DNA of 63,600 nt, the filler included, from a bacterium (GTDB lineage Bacteria > JALSQH01), in assembly GCA_026985515.1 (NCBI GenBank). It is 7 parts of 7 records of this genome, joined end to end, with 100 filler letters (N's around TTAATTAATTAA, not from the genome) between each part and the next. Parts side by side here need not be neighbours in the genome. Positions count along the whole stretch, not along the records: positions 43,253 to 50,951 come from JALSQH010000219.1; positions 51,052 to 58,745 come from JALSQH010000220.1; 5 more parts are not named here. One strand, written 5' to 3'. Shown in pieces: positions 43,253-54,115 of the stretch. The number at the start of each line of letters is the position of its first letter. The stretch's first letter is position 1. The position numbers and the translations under genes were made by a program. The notes beneath the pieces were generated by a model. The model was not told the DNA's origin. It worked only from the letters and a program-made list of their open reading frames with translations, and did not search any database.

Positions 43253-45941
43253 CCTGACTGAGGGAATCACCCATGACAATTCTGGGCATTCTCATTTCAA
43301 GTTTCATCTGGAGAAAGGTTGAGAGAATCATTGGAATCAGGTTTGAAAACTGATCCTTTAAAATTTTTGTGTCAACATCTATCTCACTTTCAACTACCTC
43401 AACGGTGGAAATACCAAGGCTGTAAGCAAGATCCGGATTGTTCAGCTCAGCATAAATCATCAAATATCCTGGAATATACGCGGGGTCGTTTGGGTCAGTA
43501 CATCTTGAAGTTCCATATGCAGGATCATCTGGATGACAACCCTTGTAAAACTCAACATCAATTCCAGCAAGTAAATTCCACCTTAATGTCATGATTCTCT
43601 TGTACACCCCATTTTTATCCTGGAACCAGAATTCAAAATCAACTGCGGGAAAATACATGGCAATATCGTAAGTACCTGAGCCTCCCTCACCTACAGAACC
43701 TGCGGAATTATCATAATTGAAATATCCTGTTAACGCCGTTGGTGTACCTCTCGGAACTGTTCTTATAGCCACATATGAATTGTCCTTTGCTATGCTCTTC
43801 AGTACAGGGATAAATGAAGCAAATGTATCCACATTTAACAGATTCTTTAAATATGTCCCACTTAACAGCGCACTTCCACCAATTGACTCTGTGGCTGAAA
43901 CCGCAAAATCAAGCATGCCAGAAGCATACATTGAATAGAGTGCCTGACGGATAAAGTTGTAATGAATATCAAGCGATAATGAATACCTTGTACAATTCGG
44001 ATTGTTATCATCTATTCCATCATTATTACTATCTGTGAAAGATGAATCGGAACAGGTCCCGTCATCCTGAATACCATTGTGATTGGCATCATATAGAACT
44101 GTGTTAAAATTACCCCACGCATTCTTGTTAGTCCCGGTATATGTGATTGGTTGTATCGTATCAAGGGTGGGCGGTTTAACCTGAGTGGGTGGTGCATTGG
44201 CTTTATACACGAGAGGTGGTCCAAAGTAATCAGGTCCATAGCCATCATTCATGTCAAACTGTTGATCATCATCAATGGAACCATCATAATTATGAAGTGT
44301 ACAGATACCGAAGAAATCTGTGGGTTCCGGATTATTCAGATCAGGATCCCTTGAACAATCAGAATTAAAGAGAATGGGCTCAACTGCTATTGCAGCAGGC
44401 ATAAATAAACTACAATTGGTCCATGGTGCCTTCCATTCACCAGTTGAATCATAATAGGGTGTGACTGAATGGAGTCCTGTACTTCCGTCTTCACAAACTA
44501 CTTTTGCCACTCTTGTACCATTTGAATCAGGAGAACCCGGATAGATACCTACATCAAGAAGACCAGTTCCTGTATTCCATGGATCACCTAAAATATTGTT
44601 CATGTCATATGGAAGACCAGATGCAAGGGCATTTTTGATGGTACTATTTAAACTATTTCGTATGGCATCCTCCACTTTTCCTTCAATTAATCCAGATAAT
44701 AAGTTAATCAACCATCCAAGATTACCACTTAAACTCAACTGAAAATTGTGAAGGTTTGCATTGGTAACCTGAATATCAAGATCCATTCCATCCGGATCAT
44801 TAATGTTATTGTTACAGGAATTATTATCGTTATCAGTATCACATCCTGGATTAGGATCTGTATCACTTGAATTATCCCAGAAGAAAAATCTCAAGTACAA
44901 CTCTACATCAAGAGAAGATGCAGTTGCATTACCAACATTCTCACTACCAGCGGCATGAACTCCAATCTCAATATAGAGATCAGGAACAGTTAATTTTAAA
45001 TAAATTGAATTTCCAGGAATGCTACCACAAGCACTATCTCCTGCACAGAATCCAAACCCCGTAATATCAGTTCCATCCCATGTGCTGCCATCATTATAAG
45101 GTGATGCATTTGGATAATAATAGTGATTCGGAAAAGAATATCCCTTATGAGAAGAAATCAAAGTGCCAAAATCATCTCTGAACTTGGAGTAAGTAGCATT
45201 CGCATTAAAATACATGTGTGACTGATCAATATAAACAGCCTGTTCATCTCCAGGATAACAGTAATACCCATCTTTACTATCATTTCCACCAGATTCTCGA
45301 GAGCTGTTACAATACTCACATGTGTCCACAGCACAATTATCAACACCAGTATCACAAACGCTTCCATGGCCTCCACTGTAAAACCCCCCCCTTGATTCCC
45401 AATCCCCATTAGGATAAATATATACATAATCTCCATTTCCATCTCCCTGGGGCGGATTATTCACATACCAGAAACATCGTGAATCACCATTTCTAGGAGA
45501 CGACTCGCCTGTATAATTACAAGTAGCACCAGCATAGACACAATTTAAACATGCATTATTATGTATGAGACATCTCTCATAAGGAGTTGTTCTAACAGAT
45601 CCCGCATTATCTGTATCCGGATTTAATCCTGGATCAAGGAACTGCATTAGAAGTTCATAATTACAAAAATTTCCAGGTGGATCATGCCAACACTCATTAT
45701 CAAGCAATCTCCCAATAAAATGAAAAGTTCCCTCTGTGATTCTTATCACCAGAGCATTGTTCAGGTTTTCATACTTTCCCCCCGAATTAAAATCATTGAG
45801 GTCAATGGAAAGATTTTTGAAACTCCTTCCCTTGAGTGGGTACTTACTCATCCAGGGGAAAAATTGAAAAGCCTGCAACGACGAAACTAACAGGACAACA
45901 AGGGAAAAATTTAAAATAAATTTTAAAACCTTCCTACCCAT
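43253..45941 (-). CDS. Large secreted Cys/Asp/Asn-rich protein with BPI/LBP(TULIP)-like segments; 3' end truncated
   Basis: Signal peptide (SLQA); ALVIRITEGTFHFI; LSLDIHYNFIRQALYSMYASGMLDF; DxDxDG-like loops. Confidence 0.55.
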
Positions 45942-45973
45942 AAGCCACCTCCCTTCTAACTCTCTTGGCTTCT

Positions 45974-46002
45974 ATTATAGAACAACTTTTCAAAAATGTC
46001 AA
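45974..46002 (-). promoter_or_regulatory. Perfect-consensus sigma70 promoter for the secreted protein
   Basis: TTGACA (46002-45997, overlapping the upstream TGA stop), 17 nt, TATAAT (45979-45974); GGAGGT SD. Confidence 0.8.
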
Positions 46003-47384
46003 GGTAGAACAGGAAGTAGTATTAATCTCCCGATAAAACCCTGTTTGCACATCTTAACTATTTTAAAATTTTCTGGATGTTTCCTAATTAAGTAACTCTT
46101 ATCAACCACCGTATAAATCCTTTTTTGTAACAAAAGCTTCCGCAGGCTTTTTCTATCAGTTATCAATGCTTGTCCCGGTAAAACGAAGGTTATTTTTCCT
46201 TTACTTTCACATGCTCTAAATTGAGGTACAATTAATTTACGAGCAAGTTCGCAATTTTTATCACTTATCACCACGAAGCTCGTTCTATTAGGAAAAAGAA
46301 AATAATCATAGTTATTAAACATTTTCAATAGACAATGATACGATTCAGAATAGTCCTTATATGAATAAACAGAATCTCCTCCTTCAACATGCCAATTTCT
46401 CATTGTTATCCAAAGAATCTGAAAAATCACAACTGCCACGAGAATTCCGATCCTGAACCATTTGCTAATTTTTGCCGTGAAAAAGGAAACACCCAGAAGG
46501 GACAAAACAAAAAGGGGAATAATAATCCTTGACAAATATGAAACAGACAAAAGGAAAAGAGAGTTCAGTGCAAGATAAAATAAAAATCTTTTCTTCCTTA
46601 AATGCAAATATATAAACGGGAAAAACCACAAAACAGGACCATAGTAGAGAAAGGGAGTTAAAGAAAATGGAGCAAAATAACCAAGAACACTTCTTGAACA
46701 CTTAACCTCAGTTATTTTATGAATGAAAAAGAGGGTAAAGGGATTGTGCCAGACTACCAGAGAAACAACAAAATAGTACAGGATAAATGGGGCAAAGAGG
46801 AGGGCAGGTCCCTTAATCCCTTCTCTTCTTTTAAGAGAAATAATAAATGGCGCAACAAGAAAAACTGATAATTCGTGTCTGCAGAGAGGCAGAAGTCCGA
46901 AGAATAAAATTCCCCACCACTTTTCAGATGCAAGGTAAAAATAAATTCCTAGGGAAAGAAAAAGCACCCCGGGGAAGTAACCTTGAAAAGCAGTGAGCCA
47001 GAAAAGGAAAACGGGCTGTAGTATAATCAAAACAAAAATTGTAAAGGGACCGAGACTTTCTCCACAAATTTTCTTACAACTTTTCCACAGTAGATAAGCA
47101 GATAAAAGCAAGATTGTGAGATTAAAAATTGTGATTTGCTTCCATGCAGGGAGAAAAATAAACAGTCTGAAAACCGGAAGAGAGAGCAGTGTCGGAACCG
47201 GATGAGAAAAAGGGGCATAGATAAAAGCGGGGTTTTTCCATGCACACAGACCGTAGTAATATCTGAGGTTGTAAAACACTTCCCAGGCTATCCTGTCAAT
47301 TCCAAGTCTTACAGGGAGATTCTCCGGTAAAAAAATTACCACAGAGAGCAAAGAAACACTGAAGAGAAAGAATTTCTTACCCAC
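45999..47384 (-). CDS. Polytopic membrane protein, GT-C glycosyltransferase-like
   Basis: About 10 hydrophobic segments, HPVPTLL, LPLCRHE, C-terminal soluble domain. Confidence 0.5.
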   Translation of the reverse strand: MGKKFFLFSVSLLSVVIFLPENLPVRLGIDRIAWEVFYNLRYYYGLCAWKNPAFIYAPFSHPVPTLLSLPVFRLFIFLPAWKQITIFNLTILLLSAYLLWKSCKKICGESLGPFTIFVLIILQPVFLFWLTAFQGYFPGVLFLSLGIYFYLASEKWWGILFFGLLPLCRHELSVFLVAPFIISLKRREGIKGPALLFAPFILYYFVVSLVVWHNPFTLFFIHKITEVKCSRSVLGYFAPFSLTPFLYYGPVLWFFPFIYLHLRKKRFLFYLALNSLFLLSVSYLSRIIIPLFVLSLLGVSFFTAKISKWFRIGILVAVVIFQILWITMRNWHVEGGDSVYSYKDYSESYHCLLKMFNNYDYFLFPNRTSFVVISDKNCELARKLIVPQFRACESKGKITFVLPGQALITDRKSLRKLLLQKRIYTVVDKSYLIRKHPENFKIVKMCKQGFIGRLILLPVLP

Positions 47385-48159
47385 CTCTCACCCATGGGAA
47401 GAGATAACCACCCTGGCCCGGTCTGAAGGCTCGTTTTCTTTCCTCGAAAAAGTCTTCTCTGGCCCTTTTAACCGCATCAAAAATAGTATCACCAAGAAGA
47501 ATATGTTTCAGCACGAGAGCAGCAAGTGTACATCCGGTCCCATGGATTTCAAAGGAATCCTCTGGAACTTCAAGAAATTCCGTATGGGAAGAATCATAGT
47601 AAAGATCCACCTTTCTCCCCTCAAGGTGCCCACCTTTAATCAAAACAGCCTTTACCCCTGTTTCGAGAATCTTTTCAGCTGCACTGACCATGTCATCCTC
47701 TTTTTCTATGGTGACTCCTGAAAGCTCCTCTGCCTCCGGTACATTTGGCAACACTACTGTTGCGAGGGGGAGTATAAAATCTCTGTATATGGTCCTGTAA
47801 TCACCCTCAAAGAGAGTATCCTCTGAACTTGCCCTCCAGACGGGATCCACGACTACTGGTATATCAAGTTTTCTGATTTCCCCCCAGATTATCATGGATA
47901 CATCTTTATTTGCCAGCATTCCCAGCTTAACTCCATCAGGTATAATGTCGGAAAGGAGAGTGCTCAACTGGGACTTTACCATATCTTTTGAGAAGAAGAA
48001 TACTCTCTCAACTCCCTCTGTATTCTGGGACACCACCCCTGTAATGACAGAAACAGGATATATACCACTCTGGGAAAAAATCCTGGCATCAAGTGTTACC
48101 CCTGCTCCACCGGTAGGGTCAAAACCTGCAATGGTCAGTGCAACTGGAGACATGATCAC
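47377..48159 (-). CDS. thiD: Hydroxymethylpyrimidine/phosphomethylpyrimidine kinase
   Basis: LTIAGFDPTGGAG, VKLGML, VVDPV, PNVPEAE, KGGH, HGTGCTLA. Confidence 0.9.
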   Translation of the reverse strand: MIMSPVALTIAGFDPTGGAGVTLDARIFSQSGIYPVSVITGVVSQNTEGVERVFFFSKDMVKSQLSTLLSDIIPDGVKLGMLANKDVSMIIWGEIRKLDIPVVVDPVWRASSEDTLFEGDYRTIYRDFILPLATVVLPNVPEAEELSGVTIEKEDDMVSAAEKILETGVKAVLIKGGHLEGRKVDLYYDSSHTEFLEVPEDSFEIHGTGCTLAALVLKHILLGDTIFDAVKRAREDFFEERKRAFRPGQGGYLFPWVRGG

Positions 48160-49976
48160 CTGCCCATAGGACTGAAACTGAAAATGCTCTTATAACTGTT
48201 AAACAATCTGTTCAGATTTAATCCAAAAATCTCCACTTCCTGCCCCTCAAAGTACAGTATAAAATACTGGAAAAGTGCATTCAATGAATACTGGGTAGGT
48301 GGCTGACATCCCTTACCTTTTAACTCCGGGGGAATCCAGGGATCAGGTATGCCTGTGAAGTAATCCTCCGGTTTACTCCATGCATCTAAGTTGATACAGC
48401 CCAACCCTGAAAAGGTTGGATCTTTAAAAGCGATGTAGGTGAGGCTCCGGTGATCAGGAACAGTAGTATCTTCAGGATAGGTGATGTGGATAATCTTCTG
48501 ATTTACATCAATGAGACAATCCCTCGGTATCTTCTCAAGTCCTTTAACTTCCTGATAAAAGGGGTTGTGTTCCACATCAAAATGGGGCTGATCCACAAGA
48601 CAGAAAACATCATGCCAGATCGGGTCGGTACCGGGAGTGGCATATGTAATTCTCCCTGCAAATTCTGTCTGGGTGCGGGCATAATTCACAATTTCCTCTT
48701 TGGTCATGTAAGGATCATTGTGTTCAACAACAAAAACGTACGCTTTTTTATACACATTGTCGTAATAAGTATATGGCAAAAGATCCCTCAGATACTCAAG
48801 ATGATCCTTATCAAAAAGGGCATGAAGATTAAGCTCCACGATGTTGTCCATGGGTTTCTCGTTGAGGTCCCTGAGGAGTGGATTCAGATCATCTTTGATC
48901 GTTAATCTTCTATTCAACTTTCCCTCAAGGGACAATCCCACATTTATCAGAAAATTTTTCCAGTCTTCAAAGAGGGTATCTTTAACCTTCTGCCCCATTG
49001 ATTCTGAAAAGTAGATCTGTCCAAAGAGGTTTGCTATGTCAGGATTGATTCCCACAGGCAGTAATTTTGCAAGACCAAGGCCATCACCAGGGTCATATTT
49101 TCCATTTTTATTTGTATCGTAAATTGGGACAACATTGTTGGATTGATCGGGGTCGTGCTGAAGTTCCACTGTTCCCTCATCCACTATTTTCCCCCACTGG
49201 ATAAAGGCTTCACCCCAGTTATCATCAACTTCAAATAGTTTCTCAGCCATCTGAGGATCAGGATCCGGACCCAGGAAATTTGGATTTTCTCTCAAAATCC
49301 TGACCAGAAACACCTCAAACCCCTGAGAGAGATCCAGAGAGGGGATATTTTCAATATTCAAATCATGTGCATAAATCAAATCAAGCACGCCGATTAGAAA
49401 ATGGGCCATTCCATCAATCCAGTACAATTCAATCAATCCCCATTCTCCACCAAGATCAAGATAATTCAGATTCCCAAGTTTTTCCTCGGCTTCCTCACCA
49501 ATTAGAGCAGATGTGTTAAAAGTTATGGGCATGTGCTCAACATAAAAATGAACATACTCAAAGGTTTCAAGATAATCAGCCTCGTCTCTAACATTAACAA
49601 ACAGTTCATTGAGTTTCTCAAGATAATTTTTAAGCATCTTTTTTAAGTCCAGCCCCTGCGGATAAAACTTTGCCAGTTCCTCAATAACCGATTCTGAGGA
49701 AGAAGAAGTGAAAAATTTTACAATCGCTCCAAGCTCATTTACCACCTGCCCCACGTAACTGAGCATTAATCCATAGTGGGCCTCCGGATCATCTTCTTTT
49801 ATTTTAATAGCCGCCTTAAAGTAATCCTCAGCATCTTCAAAATTTCCATTCTCAAGAGCCTGCTTTCCTTTTGTCATGTTAAGTTTAAAGTAATCAACGC
49901 TCTTTTTGCGGGTCTTGCCATTGCATCCATAAAAAATGAAAAGCATGAGAATAAAGTAAATTACCCATCTTCTCAT
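48156..49976 (-). CDS. TPR-containing lipoprotein, function unknown
   Basis: Lipobox FYGC; N-terminal TPR; EF-hand-like loop DTNKNGKYDPGD. Confidence 0.6.
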   Translation of the reverse strand: MRRWVIYFILMLFIFYGCNGKTRKKSVDYFKLNMTKGKQALENGNFEDAEDYFKAAIKIKEDDPEAHYGLMLSYVGQVVNELGAIVKFFTSSSSESVIEELAKFYPQGLDLKKMLKNYLEKLNELFVNVRDEADYLETFEYVHFYVEHMPITFNTSALIGEEAEEKLGNLNYLDLGGEWGLIELYWIDGMAHFLIGVLDLIYAHDLNIENIPSLDLSQGFEVFLVRILRENPNFLGPDPDPQMAEKLFEVDDNWGEAFIQWGKIVDEGTVELQHDPDQSNNVVPIYDTNKNGKYDPGDGLGLAKLLPVGINPDIANLFGQIYFSESMGQKVKDTLFEDWKNFLINVGLSLEGKLNRRLTIKDDLNPLLRDLNEKPMDNIVELNLHALFDKDHLEYLRDLLPYTYYDNVYKKAYVFVVEHNDPYMTKEEIVNYARTQTEFAGRITYATPGTDPIWHDVFCLVDQPHFDVEHNPFYQEVKGLEKIPRDCLIDVNQKIIHITYPEDTTVPDHRSLTYIAFKDPTFSGLGCINLDAWSKPEDYFTGIPDPWIPPELKGKGCQPPTQYSLNALFQYFILYFEGQEVEIFGLNLNRLFNSYKSIFSFSPMGR

Positions 49977-49978
49977 GG

Positions 49979-50752
49979 CTATCTCTCTTTCATAAATTCA
50001 CCCAGCTTTTCACCTCTTTTCAACTTTTCAAGCATCAGATCTGCAGTTTTCAGATCCTCTTCTGTAAAAACTTTTTCCTCAAGAGAGTTGTCAATGGGCC
50101 GGGCGTTACGCTTGCACTGCAGGAGAACTTCTTCTGCCTTTTTGTTATTTCCCAGAATGCTGTAAATTGCAGCAAGATAGAGGTATGCTGTGGCATTCTG
50201 GGGGAATTTCTTCACAGACATTTCGCAGTACTTCTTCGCTTTGAAAATATTACCAATGGAAACAGGGAATCCGGGTGCTTCAAAATATAAAGCGCATGCC
50301 AGAATGTAGAGGGAACCGGAATGGTAATCAGGATTGATCTTCATAGCCTTTTCAAGCCATCTTTTGACGAGAGGTATATCTGCCAGACTGTACTGTGGCC
50401 CCCTGTAAAGAGCGTAATAACCCAGATGTAGCGCACCATAGTAGTAACCCGCTGCTCTATCAGGATACTTCTTCATTATCCCTTTTGCAATTTCCAGACC
50501 TATTCTGGCAGCTTTCATCTTTAATTTTTTATCTTTCGCCACCAGGACAATTGTTGAGGCAAGGGAAGCTGCCTTTACCATCTTATCAAAAGATACCTCA
50601 CCTTTATTTATCTCCTCAATCAGCTTCTTCAATTCACTAATGTATTGTGGGACCCTTTGTCTGAGTACTTCTATATTCTGAGGATAAAGATTAATCGCCA
50701 GAAAAATAAGTAACGGTAAACACAAGTTCGCAAAATGAAAAAATTTTCTCAT
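49979..50752 (-). CDS. Exported TPR protein, TatT (TRAP T-component)/BstC-like
   Basis: AAGYYYGALHLG, LEKAMKINPDY.SG, LYFEAPGFPVSIGN. Confidence 0.6.
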   Translation of the reverse strand: MRKFFHFANLCLPLLIFLAINLYPQNIEVLRQRVPQYISELKKLIEEINKGEVSFDKMVKAASLASTIVLVAKDKKLKMKAARIGLEIAKGIMKKYPDRAAGYYYGALHLGYYALYRGPQYSLADIPLVKRWLEKAMKINPDYHSGSLYILACALYFEAPGFPVSIGNIFKAKKYCEMSVKKFPQNATAYLYLAAIYSILGNNKKAEEVLLQCKRNARPIDNSLEEKVFTEEDLKTADLMLEKLKRGEKLGEFMKER

Positions 50753-50779
50753 CCATTGTGAATTATAATACTTATCAAC

Positions 50780-50950
50780 TTACAGTTCAAGTTCCACACC
50801 TATTTCGATCACCCTGCCCGGTGGGAGACCTGTAAAAACTGAAAAATCAGAAGATACAGTGGATATAAATCTGAATAACCTCTTCCTCCACATTGCCATT
50901 CTTTCATTCTTAACAAGATTCAACCTCTCCCTACCCAGAAAGAAACTCAC
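50780..50950 (-). CDS. kup: C-terminal fragment of KUP/HAK/KT potassium transporter (not in ORF track)
   Basis: Hand translation VSFFLGRERL...MAMWRKRLFRFI...LPPGRVIEIGVELEL-stop, typical Kup C-terminus. Confidence 0.85.
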   Translation of the reverse strand: MSFFLGRERLNLVKNERMAMWRKRLFRFISTVSSDFSVFTGLPPGRVIEIGVELEL

Positions 50951-50951
50951 A

Positions 50952-51051
50952 NNNNNNNNNNNNNNNNNNNNNNNNNNNNNNNNNNNNNNNNNNNNTTAAT
51001 TAATTAANNNNNNNNNNNNNNNNNNNNNNNNNNNNNNNNNNNNNNNNNNNN
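50952..51051. other. Artificial scaffold spacer
   Basis: N run, TTAATTAATTAA, N run. Confidence 0.98.
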
Positions 51052-51708
51052 CTTTTTCTCATTTTTTTAACTTCTCTGTCTGCCACCCTTGTTTACAGAG
51101 AGCACAGGAGGATAGACTGGGTTGTTGCCTTTTTGGTTGAAATTCCAACTATTTTAGGTGCATTTGCTGGAGGAATTCTGGCAAAGTATGTCAGTGTTAT
51201 TGCCCTGAAATATCTTTTAATTGGAATCATATTTGTGGCTGCAATTCTCATGAACCTTGATGTAAGCAAATACAAAATAAAAATATTTTACACCAGTAAA
51301 GAAAAAAGAGGGTTATTTTGGGTAAAAAGGAAGTGGGGTGATGATACAATATATCTTTTTGTTCCTTATGTGGTTGTGGTAATGTTTACGGTTGGTATGG
51401 TTATCAGTGCTGTTGGAATCAGTGGGGGGGCGTTGAAAGTTCCCATAATGACAATCCTGTTTGGTATCCCGATTGAAATCTCAATTGGTTCAAGTTCTTT
51501 TATGGTTGGATTAACGGCCCTTTCAGGTATAACTGGTCATCTCTCCCATACCCAGATTCCATGGAAAATGGTTCTTTTGTTTGCTGTTCCAGTGCTCATA
51601 GGAGGCCAGATAGGAAGTAGAATCTCTGTCAATCTTGACAGGAAAAAAGCAAAAACCTATTATTCTCTTCTTCTTTTAATTGTAGGAATTGTTACGATGG
51701 TGAGGTGA
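51052..51708 (+). CDS. TauE/SafE (TSUP) family membrane transporter, 5' end truncated
   Basis: Frame open from edge; HRRIDW, GISGGALKVP, IGSS, GGQIGSR. Confidence 0.85.
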   Translation, partial: LFLIFLTSLSATLVYREHRRIDWVVAFLVEIPTILGAFAGGILAKYVSVIALKYLLIGIIFVAAILMNLDVSKYKIKIFYTSKEKRGLFWVKRKWGDDTIYLFVPYVVVVMFTVGMVISAVGISGGALKVPIMTILFGIPIEISIGSSSFMVGLTALSGITGHLSHTQIPWKMVLLFAVPVLIGGQIGSRISVNLDRKKAKTYYSLLLLIVGIVTMVR

Positions 51709-51757
51709 AGGATACTGTTACTTTTTTCCTTTTGCTCCTGTATGTTATAATTAAGCT

Positions 51758-53311
51758 ATGAAGAAACTCCCCATTGGCATCTGGGATTTTGAAGAGATCC
51801 GCACCGGTAACTATGTTTATGTGGACAAAACGGAATTTGTTCACAGACTTGTAACTGAGGGCAAGTATTACTTCCTCTCCCGCCCGAGGAGATTTGGAAA
51901 AACCCTTTTAGTTGATACTCTCCGCAGATTATTTGAGGGCAGAAAAGAGTTATTTGAGGGTCTCTACATCTATGATAAGTGGGATTGGGAGAAAAAGTTT
52001 CCGGTGATAAAGATAGATTTCAGCTCGGGTGGTGTTAACAGTACAGGGTCGCTGATTAATTTAATTTTCAAATTGATAGATGAGCACAAGGAGAAATATG
52101 AGATTTCTTTTGAAAACAGTGAAGTAGGGATAAGTTTAAGGGAACTGGTAAAAAAGTTGAATTCGAAATACAATTCACAGGTTGTAATTCTCATAGACGA
52201 GTATGACAAGCCGATCCTTGATAATATCACTGAAAAAGAACTGGCAAGGAAATTGAGGAGGATTCTTGCAGATTTTTATGGAGTAATCAAGGGACTTGAT
52301 GAGTATGTGAGGTTTGTATTTCTGACGGGGGTGAGTAAGTTCAGTAAGGTGAATCTCTTCAGTAAGCTGAATAATCTAAGCGATATTACATTGAATAGAA
52401 AATACTCGACCATCTGTGGCTACACAGAAGATGAACTTGATAGATACTTTTCAGACTTCCTTGCAGATGTTAATCGTGAAGATGTGAGGATGTGGTACAA
52501 TGGATATTCGTGGCTTGGAGAGAAGGTTTATAACCCCTTTGACATCCTTCAATTCATAGACAATGATTTTTTCTTCAAGAACTACTGGTTTGAGACGGGA
52601 ACTCCCACATTTTTAATTGAGTTGTTGAGGGAGAATAGATACTTCATACCTGATCTTGAAGAAATAGAAGCCACAGATGAGATTCTTGGCAGTTTTGATG
52701 TGGAGTATATTGCAGTTGAGGCTCTGATGTGGCAGACGGGATATCTGACTATAAAAGGTACAAAGAGAGTGGGACCCAGGACCTACTACACACTCTCCTA
52801 TCCTAATCTTGAGGTTAAGATGTCCCTGAATGATGTTATACTGAACTATCTCAGCAGGGTAAGGGAGAATGTTAAGAACAGGCTTGGAGAGGAGTGTTAC
52901 AATTCCCTTGCCTCTGGAGATGTAGAGAGATTCATTGAGGTGATAAAGAGATTACTTGCCTCACTGCCATATACATCCTACACGAAGAATGAGATAGCGA
53001 AGTATGAGGGCTACTACATCAATATCATCTATTCCTTTCTCGCTTCCCTTGGACTTGAGATGGTTGCGGAGGATGTTACAAACAGGGGGAGGATAGATCT
53101 GACAGTAAAGGTTGAGGGTAAGATATATGTTCTTGAGCTGAAGATGTCCCGTGTGGGAGAGGATCCGCTGAGTCAGGTGAGAGAGAAGAGGTACTATGAG
53201 AAGTATTTTGGAGAGGGGGAGGTGTATATTGTGGGGCTGGTTATAGATGAAGATGCGAGAAATGTGAGTGAGAGCAGGTGGGAGAAGGTGGAGAAAAATT
53301 CACAAAAGTGA
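51758..53311 (+). CDS. AAA-ATPase-like protein with C-terminal PD-(D/E)XK nuclease domain
   Basis: MKKLPIGI, YVDKT, SRPRRFGKT, LIDEYDKP, YNPF, YWFETGTP, GRIDL...LELK. Confidence 0.92.
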   Translation: MKKLPIGIWDFEEIRTGNYVYVDKTEFVHRLVTEGKYYFLSRPRRFGKTLLVDTLRRLFEGRKELFEGLYIYDKWDWEKKFPVIKIDFSSGGVNSTGSLINLIFKLIDEHKEKYEISFENSEVGISLRELVKKLNSKYNSQVVILIDEYDKPILDNITEKELARKLRRILADFYGVIKGLDEYVRFVFLTGVSKFSKVNLFSKLNNLSDITLNRKYSTICGYTEDELDRYFSDFLADVNREDVRMWYNGYSWLGEKVYNPFDILQFIDNDFFFKNYWFETGTPTFLIELLRENRYFIPDLEEIEATDEILGSFDVEYIAVEALMWQTGYLTIKGTKRVGPRTYYTLSYPNLEVKMSLNDVILNYLSRVRENVKNRLGEECYNSLASGDVERFIEVIKRLLASLPYTSYTKNEIAKYEGYYINIIYSFLASLGLEMVAEDVTNRGRIDLTVKVEGKIYVLELKMSRVGEDPLSQVREKRYYEKYFGEGEVYIVGLVIDEDARNVSESRWEKVEKNSQK

Positions 53312-53427
53312 AGGTAAAAAATGAAAAAACTTCACCACATATCCGGGGGTTCGGAAAGAAAGAATTTTCCTTAAAAAGTTTGGACCTGTTTTCTCAATGA
53401 TAGAATTTAAGTTACCTGGAGGTTTAC

Positions 53428-54114
53428 ATGGGTTTTGAAGAGCATCCAGAAAGGGAATTATGGCAGATTTTCAGAGTTATTTCAGAATTTGTTGATGGAT
53501 TTGAAATTCTCATGGATGTGGGTCCCGCAGTTTCTTTTTTTGGTGGCTCCCGTTTTGGAGAAGAAAACAGGTATTACAGAATTGCAGAATATATGGCGGA
53601 AGAACTGGCAAAGAGAGGATTCGCAATAATTTCTGGAGGTGGCCCAGGAATAATGGAGGCAGTAAATAGAGGTGCAAAGAAGGGTGGAGGTATCTCAATA
53701 GGCCTGAACATTAAACTTCCCCATGAGCAACAGCCAAACAGATATATTGACAGACTCGCTTCCTTCAGATACTTCTTTGTGAGAAAAGTAATGTTTGTCA
53801 AATATGCCATGGGTTTCATAATTATGCCTGGAGGATATGGAACTCTCGACGAATTGACAGAGGTCCTCACTCTGATCCAGACTGGGAAAATTGAGCATTT
53901 TCCCCTTGTGGTATTTGGAAAGGATTACTGGAAAGGTTTTATAGAATGGATTGAAAACACCCTGCTTAGAAGTGGGGCCATTTCTCCTGATGATCTTAAG
54001 ATTTTCCTACTGACGGATGACCCCGATGAAGCAATAAACTTCATCACCGAGAAATCAAAACATGAGATGACCATCAGACAAAGTGAAATAAGAAGAAAGG
54101 GTTATCTCGGATGA
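53428..54114 (+). CDS. LOG family protein (TIGR00730-type nucleotide phosphoribohydrolase)
   Basis: GGGPGIMEA, FRYFFVRK, PGGYGTLDE. Confidence 0.9.
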   Translation: MGFEEHPERELWQIFRVISEFVDGFEILMDVGPAVSFFGGSRFGEENRYYRIAEYMAEELAKRGFAIISGGGPGIMEAVNRGAKKGGGISIGLNIKLPHEQQPNRYIDRLASFRYFFVRKVMFVKYAMGFIIMPGGYGTLDELTEVLTLIQTGKIEHFPLVVFGKDYWKGFIEWIENTLLRSGAISPDDLKIFLLTDDPDEAINFITEKSKHEMTIRQSEIRRKGYLG

Positions 54115-54115
54115 A

